From NCBI GenBank assembly GCA_964270895.1, contig OZ185440.1: 64,000 bases of DNA; one strand, given 5' to 3'. This document shows, piece by piece, positions 25,101 through 38,433 of this stretch; the stretch's first letter is position 1, and every line of letters begins with the position of its first letter. Position numbers and translations under genes: made by a program. The notes under the pieces are model-generated. The model searched no databases. It was not told where the DNA came from and saw nothing but the letters and a program-made list of their open reading frames with translations. This DNA is from Podarcis filfolensis (taxonomy: Eukaryota).

Positions 25101-26927
25101 AATGAAAGGGGGAGAGGCTGAAGAAAGGGGTGTCTCCTCTTTATGTGGTGGTGGAGAAAAAAAATATATAAAAGTCTCCTCTTCGTTAAGCCAAAGGTGC
25201 ACCTACTTGGAAGTCAGGGCTCACAGTAGGTAAAACTATAGGGATTTTTCGCCTCCTTTCCGAATAAATACTGTAGTATTTTGCCAGCACTCAGGCTGCA
25301 GTATTTTGCTACAGTTATGGTGTGTCCCCGCCCTCCTCGAACGAGCAGGCATATAGCCAGTACTGTCTGCAAGGGGTGCTCTGTGCGACTGTCATTGATA
25401 CAGGGATGTCTATGGGCGAGCAGCGGCGTCAAATGTTATTTTTAAGTTGTCTTTCTCTTCTGCCGCCCCCACCGTCTATACAACTTAGCAGGCGGTAAGT
25501 CACACAGAACTCAATAGAACTTGTTTCCGAGCTGACATACCTAGGATGCAATTACAAATAATAGGCCTGACAAAAACGTTTCCCCTCAGAACAAAGTTAA
25601 CACTCTCCTGCATTTTACAACAGCAGCAGGACACTGACTCCTTTCTAACCCTAAGAAGAGAACGCATGGCATTTTACCTTCCATCAACTAGGGCAGCTTT
25701 AATTATATTCAAATTGAATGAGAGACGTCCTGAGGATGGAGCACATATGCAGGGCCCCAGATGATGACCGCAAGGTCCAGGTTGGTTCTTAGAAGGAAAG
25801 GATGGCGACAAACTGTGTTCTTCCTTACTGACATATAAAATTAAACCAGACCTACCTATATCATTTTTACATTGTCCGTATGGAATGGTGTTGTTTTTGA
25901 AAGGGTGATTTCAGTCCCTGTATTGCTTTTGACATCTTAAAGCTACAGTCTTATATGCAAGGAAGCCCCACTGAACACATTGGGATATCAGAGGTTGTCA
26001 TGAAATGCTGAAGACTGCATTGCAGCTCCCCATTCATTCCTAGTTAGAAGAAATGGCACTTACAGTACTTTGAATTACACGAAGCCAGCTTGTTTTAAAC
26101 TCTTGCAGCCCAACAGAGCATAACAAATTGAGGTGCCTCCCTCTTTGGCATCCATCAGGGCCACAGGCAAACCACCCTCTCATTTGCTTAAACATTCAGG
26201 CAAAAGCTACCCTAAGCCATGAGCGGACATAGTTAGAAGTACAATTCAGTTCTCTGTTCCAATATTGAAAACCACTCTTTAGTGTGGAGTAGCTGAGTGT
26301 ACAGCCAAAAGTTCACACTGTAGCAAACAGGATAACTTCGCAAGGGGTTCCTTTGCAAAGTTTCTTTAATACAGAACACTCTAGTTGGAAAATCTCCAAC
26401 ACAAACTATTAAATCTCTCTGTGTAGGCCATATAATGAAGAAAGAACCTGCAGATGGTTACAAGCATGGCCTAGGCATTTAAGTAGAATTTGTTTTAAAA
26501 GCAGAGGTTGATGGTCCTCACATATAAAAGAATTTGAGACAGGATTTGGTATTATTACCAGTTTGTATCTTTATTTTCTTAAGGTGTGCAGATGTCATTA
26601 TTATTTTCTTGCATTAGTACATTTTTATCCCATCTTCCCAAAAGAGCCCAAGGCAGCAAACAGTAATAAAATAAAAATTAAAAACACTGACAATGTGTTT
26701 ACTATTATATCTGCAATATATTTTAAACCCTCAGTTAATAATAATAATATTAGTTATATTATCAGTAGTATTTATTAAATTTTTTGGTTCATTTTTACCA
26801 AGGTAACTCAATATATAAACAAGCACATTAAAACTGGCATAAAAGAAAACCAAAGACAAATCTAAAAGAGAATCCTATTTTTAAAAGGCAGGATTAAAAT
26901 ATCCCATCCACTCAAGGAGGCTACAGG

Positions 26928-27670
26928 TAATAATTAATTAAATATCTATACCACCCTTTATTTGAAAACCACAGGGCAGTTTACAATATATAAAAAAAGA
27001 AACATACTACAACAACAAAAAAATCCCGCCCTACACACAGTTTAAAAGGCCATAGATTGTTTAGTTAGGCAAAGGCCTTGAAGAGGAATGTTTTCGCCTG
27101 GCAACTAAAGATGTATAACGAAGGCATCAGGCAAGCCACCCCGGGGAGAGCATTGCACAAATGGGGAGCCACCGCAGAAAAGGCCTGTTCTCGTTTTGCC
27201 ACCCTCCAGACTTCTCACAGAGGAGGCACATGAAGAAGGGCCTCAGATTATTATTGCAGGGTCCAGGTCAGTTAATATGCAGAGAGGTGGGCCTTGAGAT
27301 TTTGCAGTCCTGAAGCATTTAAGGCTTTATAGGTCAAAACCAGCACTTTGAATTTGGCCTGGAAACTAATTGGTAGCCAGTGCAGTTGGGCCAGGATAAG
27401 AGCCAAAGGCCTGGTGAAAAGAAATGCTTTTGCCTAGCACTTAAAGCTATGTATTAATGGCACCAGGCAAGCCTCCCAGAGAGAGCATTCCACAAGTGGG
27501 TTACCACCACTGAAAAGTCGTATTCTCATGTTGCCACCCTATGGAGTTCCTGAGGAGGGAGCACATGAAGGGCCCAGATGATGATTGCAAGGTCCATGTT
27601 GGTTCTGAGGTCCAGCCTGGTTTTGGTGAGAGGTGGTCCTTGAGTCACATAAGGCTTTATAGGTCAAAAA
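26928..27670 (-). mobile_element. Two tandem L2-type LINE 3' fragments
   Basis: 26928-~27395 ends (minus strand) in gggtggtataga...(TTA). 27400-27670 repeats the same segment (aaaggcct...gagcatt(g/c)cacaa...aaggctttataggtcaaaa in both). Confidence 0.7.
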
Positions 27671-29104
27671 GGCCCCCCAAACTTAAGTGGACACAATGGC
27701 CCCATGTTTAAAGTACAGATTTTATGTACTGTCTAGCATGCAAACATTTCGTTATTATTTAACATGATTTATATATCGCTTAATCAACAAAAACCTCTTA
27801 AGCGGTTTACTTGAAGCAATACAAAAAAAAAATACCTAATACCAATAAACTCAAAACTTTGAAAGCAGGTAGTTACATTTATCAAAATGTATCACTTCCA
27901 CAGATCAAAATGGGCACTTAAGTGGTAAGGCAATCCTTTGTAAACTGGTCCCAAGCTGTTGAGTTCAAGGTAGCTCTCCAAGCAAGTGTGGACGGAGGAA
28001 TTACTCCTGTCAGTAATTGGGCTGCAGCATTGTGCAGTAAATCTACCGTAGTTCCTGTCTACTACTATTGTGGTTAAGCTATCCCACAACTGGTGCAATT
28101 GTCATACGAGCCGAAGGCAGTCCTAGCCACTAAGGCCAGCTGGGCCTCAATTGACAAAGCTGGATCCAAAAGCTGCATACCTGTTCCTTCAGGGGAAATA
28201 CAACTCCATCCAGGGCAAGCAGCTGGCCACTTTCTGAATCACAAGAACCACACTCCCACAGCACCTTCATCCTGACAGGATTCAAGCCCACCCTGCACCC
28301 AGGCACTAGTCCAGGACCTACACAAGCTCTTGATTCAGATGTTATGGAGATATAGAACTGAGTGTCATTAACATACTGATGGCTTATAGTGAAATCCTAT
28401 GTGTGTCAACCCTGAAGCCCTATTAAAATAAAATGGGATTTACTCCTAGGTTCAGTGTATGTGAGATTGCAGCCTTACTTTGTTGCAGGCATCCATATAA
28501 ATCAGTAATAAGAGATCTTCTGCCAGTCCACTGTAGACACAATGCCCAAACCTGATGGGATTCCCATAGCATAGGAGGTAAAAGCTGTGTTTCTTCCTCC
28601 TTCCTTCATGATATGCTGACACTGCATCATGCTGTTATATTAAATGGGAAGCCTGTGCATACCCTCCATTTCTCCATTAAACCTGCTTTTACTTTTCAGT
28701 CAAGGAACAGGAGCTTGAATGTCATGTCCCTTAACCAAGAACAGCAGGGAAGGTGAGACAGGAATGCGAGGGATACACATGGGCCTTCAATTGCCTGCAA
28801 AAGCATAGCACTGAGTGTCCATGCATGCCAGAGGGGCTGACTACCTATGCCCTATAAGTGTCAGTTCCTCTTGTTGACTTCATAAAGCTCAAGTTCAAAA
28901 TGTTGGTCTTAGTTGGTCTTTAAGGTGCTACTGGAAGGAAAAATACGGTTACCTATCTGTAACAAGTTCAAAATGGGTAGCATTAATAATATCTATGTTA
29001 TCTGAACAGCAGCTAACCTTGTTAGGGAAACTCAAAGACTCAAACTCAAAGTCACAACAACAGTAGCTGGTAGTAACAGTAATCTACAATAGGGCAAGAA
29101 TAAT

Positions 29105-29225
29105 AGTTAATAATTTATTATTTCTACCCAACCCATCTGGCTGGGTTTCCCCAGCCACTCTGGGCGGCTTTCAACAAAACATTAAAAACAGAATAAAACT
29201 TCAAACATTAAAAACTTCCCCAAAC
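29105..29225 (-). mobile_element. L2-type LINE 3' end
   Basis: Reverse complement matches 21021-21089 at 64/69 nt. Confidence 0.75.
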
Positions 29226-29681
29226 ACCTTCCCTAAATACCTTCATTAGGACCAAACACCTAAATAGGAATGATGCCCAGAACCCTCATTGAGTCTGAAT
29301 AGATTTAGTGAAATTCTAATTCAACAATTTCATACCAGAACTTCCCATTGAAGGAATTACTGAATTAAAACAGCACCCATGACATGAGTGTGCCCTGGCC
29401 ACCCTAAATATGTCCCCCCGGTAGCTGAACATTACAATTGTGTCCATTCTTTTTCAGAGAGCTTAACCTGTTTTGTAACTTGTGAGGAAAGCAAAAGGTC
29501 ATTATTGGTAGATGACGTGGCATTTCACACTGGAAGGCAAGTCCCTGATGGTATGACTAACGGATTTATTTTGCAAGACTGATATCAGCCTTTCCACCAT
29601 ATGAAATATCTGAGCAGCATACAAATAGCTTAAAACAGTATACAATTAAAAAGTTAAGCAACAAAAAATGCCCAGCTCCTA

Positions 29682-29909
29682 CATCAGTAGGGAACCTCAG
29701 AATGGGTGTGGGAGTCAGCAAATGCAGCCCTCCAGGCCTCTCTGTCGATATCTCTTCCCCAAGCTACAGCCCTGCTTCACACACTCAAGTTTTTGGCTTG
29801 CTTGAATTTCTCCTATAACTTTGATGTCTTGCTTGCCTGGACTGAGGATAGAAAAGGGTTTATGTAGAAGAGAATGCGGGCTTCAAGCTGAAAAAGGTTC
29901 CCCACCCTG
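29682..29909. mobile_element. Degenerate hAT(Charlie-like) MITE
   Basis: Termini catcagtagggaacct / aggttccccaccctg. Confidence 0.5.
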
Positions 29910-31469
29910 ACCTTATATTAAGGGAGTGTGTGAGAATGCTACTACCCAAAACCTGTAATTTATACAGAATGAGCTCCCGATGTCAAAATCTTTTTAGCTG
30001 AAAGCTATAGGCGATTAATGGTGTTCTGTCACCTTCTCTTTGGGACTGTTCTGTTGCAGGCAACTCCTAGGTTCATCTGGCTTTGTCAGTCTGTTCCTTC
30101 ATTTCATTGAAATTCACTTTCACTGAATTTCATTCAGTGTAGTTTTAAGAGTACTTGGGTGGGAGGAGTTCAAGTTTAGGTCCTTGTCCAGGAAAGAAAA
30201 ATAAATGCAGTTGGAGTGTAGATTGTCTTGTAGCCAAATGGATCCTGTGGTGTATTCTACTTGGTAAAGGAAAGTAACTGAGATGTCCAGTGATTGAATC
30301 TATTGTGTGAACTGCTGGGGAAATGAAAGTTACTGAAGTCCTCATAAAATTTCTTAAAGGCTACCTCGAGGATCCAGGAGTAAAGGAAAGACTGTTGAAT
30401 ACTATGAAGCCCTATGTTACCCACGACAGGGCAGTGAACTTGGGAGGTACAAGATATCCCCCAGATTTGAAATAAGCACCAAAAACGTTTTGAAACACAC
30501 TAACACATGTCCCTTTAAGGGGAAAGAGATGTGATAATACCGAGTCTACAAAATGAACCTACCAACAGGGTTTCAATTTAGTACTGTGACTGTTCTTGTA
30601 AATAATCTGGAAAGCTCAGTGTTGCTGTCACCAACAAAGTGATTTCCAGATTATGATTCCATTAATGGATAAGGATGCCTCTGAATTCCATCTCCAGCTG
30701 GCTTTTGGGCCACAAGCCCAGGTACCAGCTGGGGGAGAAGCATTTCCTAATGGAAAGCAGACCCAGTGCATAGGATGGGCCCTCATCTTGTTCTGAAAAT
30801 AACTGGAGATCAATGTTGTGTTGCAGGAAGTGGGGGATATTTTCATTTGCCTCAGATCATGCTACGTGTGGGTTTATCTAGTGCAACTCAGTGACATCCT
30901 GAGATGGGTGGAAACACTTCCTAATGGAGCATTACGCCACAGTATGCAATCCACACAATATATATTTAGCCCAATATTGATTCAGTAGACAATTCCATGA
31001 GCACAAAAAGCTCAAAGCATTTTGAGATTTAGAAAAAAATCTTAAAACCACCAGACTGTCACTGACAAAGCAGCAAAAGAAATGCCCTCTAGACATCCAT
31101 CTCATTACCTAATACTAGAAAGCATACCAACTTTCCCTATCTAAGCAGGGAGCACATTTTTAAAACTAGCAACACAAATCTGAAAACAGTTGCAGCTCAC
31201 TGTGTATTTTGACTAGCCCCAATACAAAATGCAGAGAGAAAACATTAAACCATGTTTGCCTGCTGATATATTTGACTTCTTGTTATAGCCTCGTTAATAT
31301 TGTGTTTAACTGCAATTCAGTAATGATGCTGGAAAAGAATAAAATTTGTTGCGTTGGAGCACAACATTACTTACCAACCACAGAAAAGTTAACATGCAGA
31401 GCTATTATGCTCTGTGCAAGTTGGGGAGAGTCAAGAGTTGAATTCTGGGAGGTAGGTGTATGTGCGAAT

Positions 31470-31793
31470 CAGAGATGGGAAACCTTTTTCAAGAGCCACA
31501 TTCCTTCATGGGCAACTTCTAGGTTTTACATGCCAGTGTGGACAGGGTTAACAGAAAAAGTGTGTGGGTCAAAGCAGATATTCCAGCAACACAAGTCAGA
31601 TTTCTACACTCATGCATATTTCCATTGTTCACCCAGACAAGCAAGAGGCTTGTTTAAGGACACATTCTAATCAGGCAGCTTAACATGGTCTGTGAGGGAT
31701 GTGGTCTGGGAAAGTGGGGTGTGACCTGGGAAGATTCCCAATAGAGGCCTGGAGGGCTGCATATGGCCCCATTTCCTTACATTTCCCACCCTG
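31470..31793. mobile_element. Degenerate hAT(Charlie-like) MITE
   Basis: Termini cagagatgggaaacct / atttcccaccctg; internal ggagggctgcatatggcccc; related to 6123-6463. Confidence 0.5.
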
Positions 31794-32048
31794 GTATATA
31801 CTGTATGCATTTTGTGATTTATTCTGCTTTTGCAAGTCTTGAGAAGGGACCAGGAATTATGCAGAGCAGCAGAATCCTGCCTCACCACTGGAACCTCTAT
31901 CTAAAAGGACAATGCAAATTTCTTCAAGACACCAAATTCTGTACTCAATGCACAACTGTAAATTTGTTACTGTCCTAAAACCCTGGTCATTACTCACATA
32001 CTTAAGCCTATCTTCACAAGCATATGGTCCTGACACTGTCTCTCAACG

Positions 32049-32142
32049 TAACCTATCCACGGGGTTGCTATGAGAATAAAATAGGGAGGAGAACCATGTA
32101 CACCACATTGATTTTTTTGGAGAAAATGTGAAATATAAATGT
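32049..32142 (+). mobile_element. CORE-SINE-like 3' fragment
   Basis: aacctatccacggggttgctatgagaataaaatagggaggagaaccatgtacaccac...tataaatg. Confidence 0.4.
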
Positions 32143-32397
32143 TAAAATAACAGAAGGGCTGAGAGCATGGTCTTCAGAGATCTCATTCCGCCTTAACACC
32201 TTATATCAGAAGAAGTCACACCAAAAAGGAAAGCTGGGGATTTCCAATAATGTCTCCAGACTTCTAAAGAGCCCAGAACAAAGTAACACCTATAAGTAGG
32301 ATATCACCACCACACTGTGCAAAAAGCAGGTCATTAGCACCTATGGTATCATGGTTCTCGAGATATATGCAAGCAGCATGTAAAGGACTGCCCAGTA

Positions 32398-32584
32398 CAG
32401 TCATACCTCGTGTTGTGTTGTGTCTTTTCAGCTTGCGAACGCGGCAAATCCTTCACCGTCCATGCGTGTACAGAAGCACTCTATCGCGCTCTGTGCTTGC
32501 GCAGAAGTGCCGCTCTAGTTGCGGACTTCTCGGGTACGAACGGCACCCCAGAACGGATCGTGTTCACAACTACAAGTACCACTG
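32398..32584. mobile_element. Tc1/mariner (Tigger-like) MITE
   Basis: TA|cagtcatacctcgtgttgtg ... cacaactacaagtaccactg|TA; TA target duplication. Confidence 0.7.
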
Positions 32585-33806
32585 TATTAGGCACTAGACC
32601 AATTTCCTCCAGCTTTACAACAGCACACACTCTTCTATGCAAAATGGGTATTAAATAGTAAGAGGCAAACACAGTTGGCATGCTAAACGCCGTAACTCAG
32701 CTATACTCATTTTATAGATAAAAAATCATACCCTACTTTCACATTGTTCAGCATCTACTGGTGAAACTATATACTGCCTAGATCTTTGGCAACCTTATTT
32801 AAGAACTGCATTCTATAGTACCTTACACTTCCAATTCATAAATAGAAAAGGTTTCATATATTTACTGCTCACTTTTTCTTCCAGTTCTCTCCAAATGGTT
32901 GTTACTGGCAAATGCTTGGTCCACTATCTCAGTTTCAGCTCTCCATCAGTAAAGTGGAGATTGTGAGCCTTTGTGGAGTTTAATGGATGGAACCAAGACT
33001 CAGGGACAGGAGAGACTATACTTCCAACAACCCCCAATTACAAATACATCCCAATACTGTAGCAAAGCTTTTTACGCTCGGTTGATTGAATCACAAGCTT
33101 GCTAAATATAGCAGCCTGTCCTGTTAATCAAAGCTTTAAAAAACAACTATCATGCCAATACAGCAATCCTATGCACAAAACATACCTAGAAGTATGTCCC
33201 ATTAAATTGTTTGACTTTTTCTGATGATTTTTCCCCCTAACAGGACCAAGGTCAAGCAAGAAATAGTGTTAATGACTGCTTTTACTTTTTGTGGGACAAT
33301 GATGCCCAACTATGATTACATTGACGGCTAGTGGCACATCAATCCACGAAGTTGTGAACTATGCAAGCCTAAAATTTAAGCCCAGAACAAATTGCATATA
33401 AAATTTCAATTCATTCTTCACAACTTAATCAAATTTCAGGAGGCAAGATAATGATGATTGCATCTAGATGCAAAGAGGTTAATATGGAGACTCCAGTTAG
33501 ATGGGGAACATAATCAGGGAAGAATGGCCATAAGATAAGGAAGGTAAGTATGCCAACAGTTAATGCTTAATCCCTCTGACATCAAGAAATCCTTTCCCAA
33601 TTTTCTTCAAGTTAGGAGTCTTAGCAAGAGCCACAAGAATTTGATATCTGTCTTTTAAAGTAAATAGTCAAGATACCACATGTCATCTTACACATCATTC
33701 TTATTATGTTTTGGGGTTTATCCTCCACATTTTAAAACAAGCAATATTTCACCCATTAAGCTTCATAATTAAATGATTCAAAGCTACAAAGTGCATTTTT
33801 CACCTA

Positions 33807-33812
33807 TTTATT
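33807..33812 (-). terminator. RPS10: RPS10 polyadenylation signal AATAAA
   Basis: Canonical hexamer ~33 nt after the stop, followed by a T/GT-rich stretch (ctttgtagctttg); short 3'UTR as usual for RP genes. Confidence 0.8.
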
Positions 33813-33845
33813 ATACACAAGATGCAACCAAACAGCAACAGATTT

Positions 33846-33887
33846 CTACTGAGGTGGTTGACCACGTCCACGCCCAAAGCCACCTCT
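33846..33887 (-). CDS. RPS10: RPS10 coding exon 6 (to TAG stop)
   Basis: tttacag|AGAGGT...CAGTAG; RGGFGRGRGQPPQ*. Total CDS 498 nt = 165 aa. Confidence 0.98.
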   Translation of the reverse strand, partial: RGGFGRGRGQPPQ

Positions 33888-34985
33888 CTGTAAATCAAAA
33901 AAAGAAAAAGAAAACATTATCAGTGCACCCACAACAACTACTACAACAACACATTTCATTCATTGGCATGATTCATCACTGCCTCTTCTCACTGCTAAAA
34001 ATAACAGAAGTTACCTGAATTCTAAGATAGGCATCTTAGATGGGGCCAAAGTACAACAAAACATCATTTATATGAACAAGAAGGCCATTCAAAGGCACTT
34101 ATCTATAAAGAAGGCCTGGAGAGCATGCAGGTGAAAAGCAGGCAAGCTGTAGCTCAGACACAAGTTCAATTATTCTAGTCAATGAGAGCCTAGATCAAGT
34201 GTTATCAAAATTTCTACACCAAATTGGACAAGTGAATACACTGCATAGCAATGCATTTAAGCTATCAAGTAGTTGAAAAACACCAGCATTTATCTGGCAG
34301 GGCATGCATACTGCATAGGGATCAATTTGCCATAAATAAAATTGTGTTAGGTCAGGAAATAAAGAGTTTACAAGGTGCAACGTGACAATGTAAAAAACCA
34401 ACAAATGAAAAACCTTGGGAGAAAGTTAGGTAGCTCAATATTAATCCCAGATTTACACTGGCAACATTTTGCTATCTTTTATTATTCAGCTATTTTGCTA
34501 TTATTTTATTATTCAGCAGCTGTCCCCATTGTCTAATCCAGCAACTCTAGCAAGAGAGATTCTCACATGGGAAGACACCTGCACTTACTGCCCATGAATA
34601 TTTGGCTCCCCATTTCTATCTGCATTGGTGACCCCAAACAAGCCAGATGCATTTTTCAATGGAATGGGGACATCTGCCTGCTTCTGGGTTATTATGTGGG
34701 ACTAGCTGCCCATGACTACAGTTTGCCTGGAGTCTATGCTGCCTAATCATCATCACCCTCTGCTGTTTTAGAATTCATATTGGACTCAGAAGATAGCTTT
34801 ATTAGCATGTGCCATCCATATTATTACCCCAGCAATATAAACAGAAGCCTGAAATACATGTAATTGCGCCTGCAATACTGTTGCCAACTCAACAAGGAAG
34901 ATATGAAAGTGTCTGATTTTGGTCATAGGCGCTTACATGTTCTTTTAAGCATTTGCATAAAATTAAATATTCTATATATACTTAC

Positions 34986-35041
34986 AAACTGAAATTCAGT
35001 AGCTGACCCAGCTCCAGCCTCTGCTTTCTTGTCAGCACCAG
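34986..35041 (-). CDS. RPS10: RPS10 coding exon 5
   Basis: tcttctcag|CTGGT...CAGTTT|gtaag; 56 nt; (P)GADKKAEAGAGSATEFQF, including K138/K139; ends phase 0. Confidence 0.98.
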
Positions 35042-35567
35042 CTGAGAAGAAAAAACACTCCACATTATTCAAGACAAGGAGTACCACATAGAGACGTATC
35101 TATAATCTTTGAAAGCATTTTTAAAGTATCAGAATGCTAACAGTCATGACATTATTTAGGCATATGTTACTTATGCAAGTTGATTGCATAAATACAATAT
35201 TCCTGCCCTACAAATGCTCTTGCCCTGGCAGCATCCCTTTCCTACTCTGGAAGCTTGACAAGCCCAGCCAACCTTCCCACCAGTTTAGAATATAAGCAGA
35301 GGGGAATTGTACCATTATGTCACACTTCACTTTTTATCTTAGCATAACTCCAAAGCACAACTGGAGGGATTATCGCAAAAGCCCAGGATTAGGGCTGTGT
35401 TGCACTACCCTGCTCATGCGCTCATATTCAGAGACTGTCCAACTCCCAATAGGGGAGGGTTCCTAGGTACCAGCAACCATGTTTTGGCTGGTTCCCAAGG
35501 CTAGCCAATACGTGCTGTATTTCCTCCAAACTTCAATACTATCTCATTTTAAACGAATGAAAAGCTA

Positions 35568-35726
<159 letters not shown>

Positions 35727-36386
35727 TCAAGAAGCTTTCTGCTTAACAGTCATAGGGTTTTAAGCTGTTCCTCAAAAATGTATATATTATTTAAAATTAA
35801 GTCAGTAGTATTTATTAACCACATTGTGTACCAGTGTGTTGATAAAACATTTTTATTACAAGGTAAAGGACTTCAAAAATACCAAATACATTTCTCCCTT
35901 GAAAAGCGCTATTTTTTTAATAGTTCAGCTGAAAGCTAATCCATTTGGACCACTCTTAACCATTTTGAACTTAAAAACAGAACAACCACCTTCACTATGA
36001 TCTAAGCATTATTTGAGGCATGAGCAACCGTCACTGCCTTCAAACTGTGGGCCTGAATTCCTGGTAGTGTTGAATGCTAAACTTACAGTGAATTCTCTAT
36101 TGGCAAGGTAAGTTGATACACACAAAACCACTTGTCATAAAGCAGGCAGTACATGGCTGTTGTATCCCAAGCAGCTGCCTCCCTTGTACATTTAAAACCA
36201 GACTAGATTTTCATCTATTGGGTATCGGTTATGGTCAAAATTCTGTACATAGTTGGGCTTACAGCTGGATGAACCTGAAAACAGATCCGAGAGACCTATG
36301 CTATTGTGACAGATGAATCTATAGCAGCAACACTCCACTAATAACTGAATGCACTATCAAATATGTAAGAATCACCTAATCAAGTA

Positions 36387-36637
36387 AAGTCGTACCTTGG
36401 ATCCTGAACGCCTTGGTACTTAAGACGTTTTGGCTCCCAAGTGCCGCAAACCCAGAAGTGAGTGTTCCGGTTTGCAAACATTCTTTGGAACCCAAACATT
36501 AAACATGGCTTCCGCGGCTTCTGATTGGCTGCAGGAGCTTCCTGCAGCCAATCAGAAGCTGCGCTTTGGTTTCTGAACATATTGGAAGTCGAACAGACTT
36601 CCGGAATGGATTCTGTTCGACTTCCAAGGTATGACTG
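36387..36637. mobile_element. Tc1/mariner (Tigger-like) MITE in RPS10 intron 3
   Basis: TA|(a)agtcgtaccttgg ... ccaaggtatgactg|TA, with perfect internal palindromes (see findings). Confidence 0.85.
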
Positions 36638-37118
36638 TATACAACTGCCTGTAAGTTTATTCAATATGTCAACATGAGAGTGCAAAGCATGTGTAAAAAC
36701 CATAGGAAATAAATTCAAACAGAACTCTGCTGAATGTGTCACAGTTCAAAACTGTACATGGCCTTGATGTGGCAAGTTTAAATTATTTTCTCTTCAAGGC
36801 AAAACAAAAGTTAGCAGTCTGACCAGTATCATTCTTATGACCGTGCTTATATGACCAAAGAGACTATTTTGGACTGATTCACCTGGACAACCTAGAAACA
36901 TTTCATTAAAATGTAGAGTTTTCTCCAATAGATTCACACCTACAAGGATAATGAAACACCTCCATTTCCAGCCCTGAAATGTATTTGGCAAAGTCAGGCT
37001 TCTTAACACTGTGCTCCCTTAATTTAGCTCCAATAAAATATAGCTGTCTTGGATGTAGAAATGAATAGTGGTAAGGAGTCTTAGTTAGCAAAATACAAAT
37101 GAATGCAAGAAACTGTTC

Positions 37119-37187
37119 GTTCCTTCATTGCAGGGGATTGGACTAGATGGCCCTTGAGGTCCCTTCCAACTCAACAATTCTGATTCC
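37119..37187 (+). mobile_element. CR1 extreme 3' end
   Basis: ggggattggactagatggcccttgaggtcccttccaactcaacaattctgattc, the classic CR1 3' terminus. Confidence 0.75.
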
Positions 37188-37462
37188 TAAAGTCAATAGC
37201 CTAGTAATTTGTACAAGTTGAACTCATAGTACCTGCAACCTATCAGACACTTGCCCTTCTGTAACGGTGCATTCACATAGTTGAAGGCACATCCCAGCAG
37301 AAATACTTAAATGTTTGTGTCCTAGTCTTAAGAGTTAGAGGACTTTGTGAGAATCACGTTCACAAATCCAAGTGCTTTTGCCAAAATGTAATTCTTGCTT
37401 CATCCAAGGAAAGAATTCTGGACACTACGTCAACAGCAAATCCAAGCAAGTAATGTGAATTA

Positions 37463-37642
<180 letters not shown>

Positions 37643-38214
37643 CTAAGAAGATATAAGTCTAGTTGTAATTATTGTTAGTACTTATTTGTTCACAGCAATT
37701 CTTAATAACGTTAATTAACACTAACAACTTTCTACATCTTGAACTCTACATGCAAACATTAGTGGCAAAGGCGGGAGGAAGCTCATCGTTAGGGATGGGG
37801 AGAGGGGAACGAATCATCGCCAGTTTTAAAAGATGGATTATGTTGTATAATGAGATTGCAGATGTTTATGTAAGTGGTCTGTAAAATATGGCAAGTATTT
37901 GGTATTCCCTTTCTTCCTACCACTATGTTAATAAAACTGTTAGGCACCTTTAGGCTTCCCCACCTTACTAGCCTAGCTTTCAACCTTTTCAGATCCAGAA
38001 CTCACTCTTAATTCCAATTGGCAACATAGGACCCAATTTAAAATTATTTACTGCAAAGATCTTTCAGGGAGGTAAAAGTTGCACTTCCTGCACTCACTTC
38101 TTCTATGCAACTATTAGAAGCACAGAAGCCTTGACCTGGATTGGTTAGAGTTATTTTTTTAAAAGATGGACAACATTCAGAAAATGTTGGTGATGCTACC
38201 ACTGGTGCAAATCA

Positions 38215-38433
<219 letters not shown>

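Noticed and set aside
24277-25202. Cluster of 60-140 aa Arg/Gly/Ala/Pro-rich ORFs on both strands around the NUDT3 promoter
   Set aside because: Expected from stop-codon scarcity in a CpG island; those checked start at GTG/TTG; no recognisable domains. Only the two ATG uORFs were kept.
36380-36742. 120-aa minus-strand ORF in RPS10 intron 3
   Set aside because: Runs through the Tigger-like MITE; no transposase motifs or splice support.
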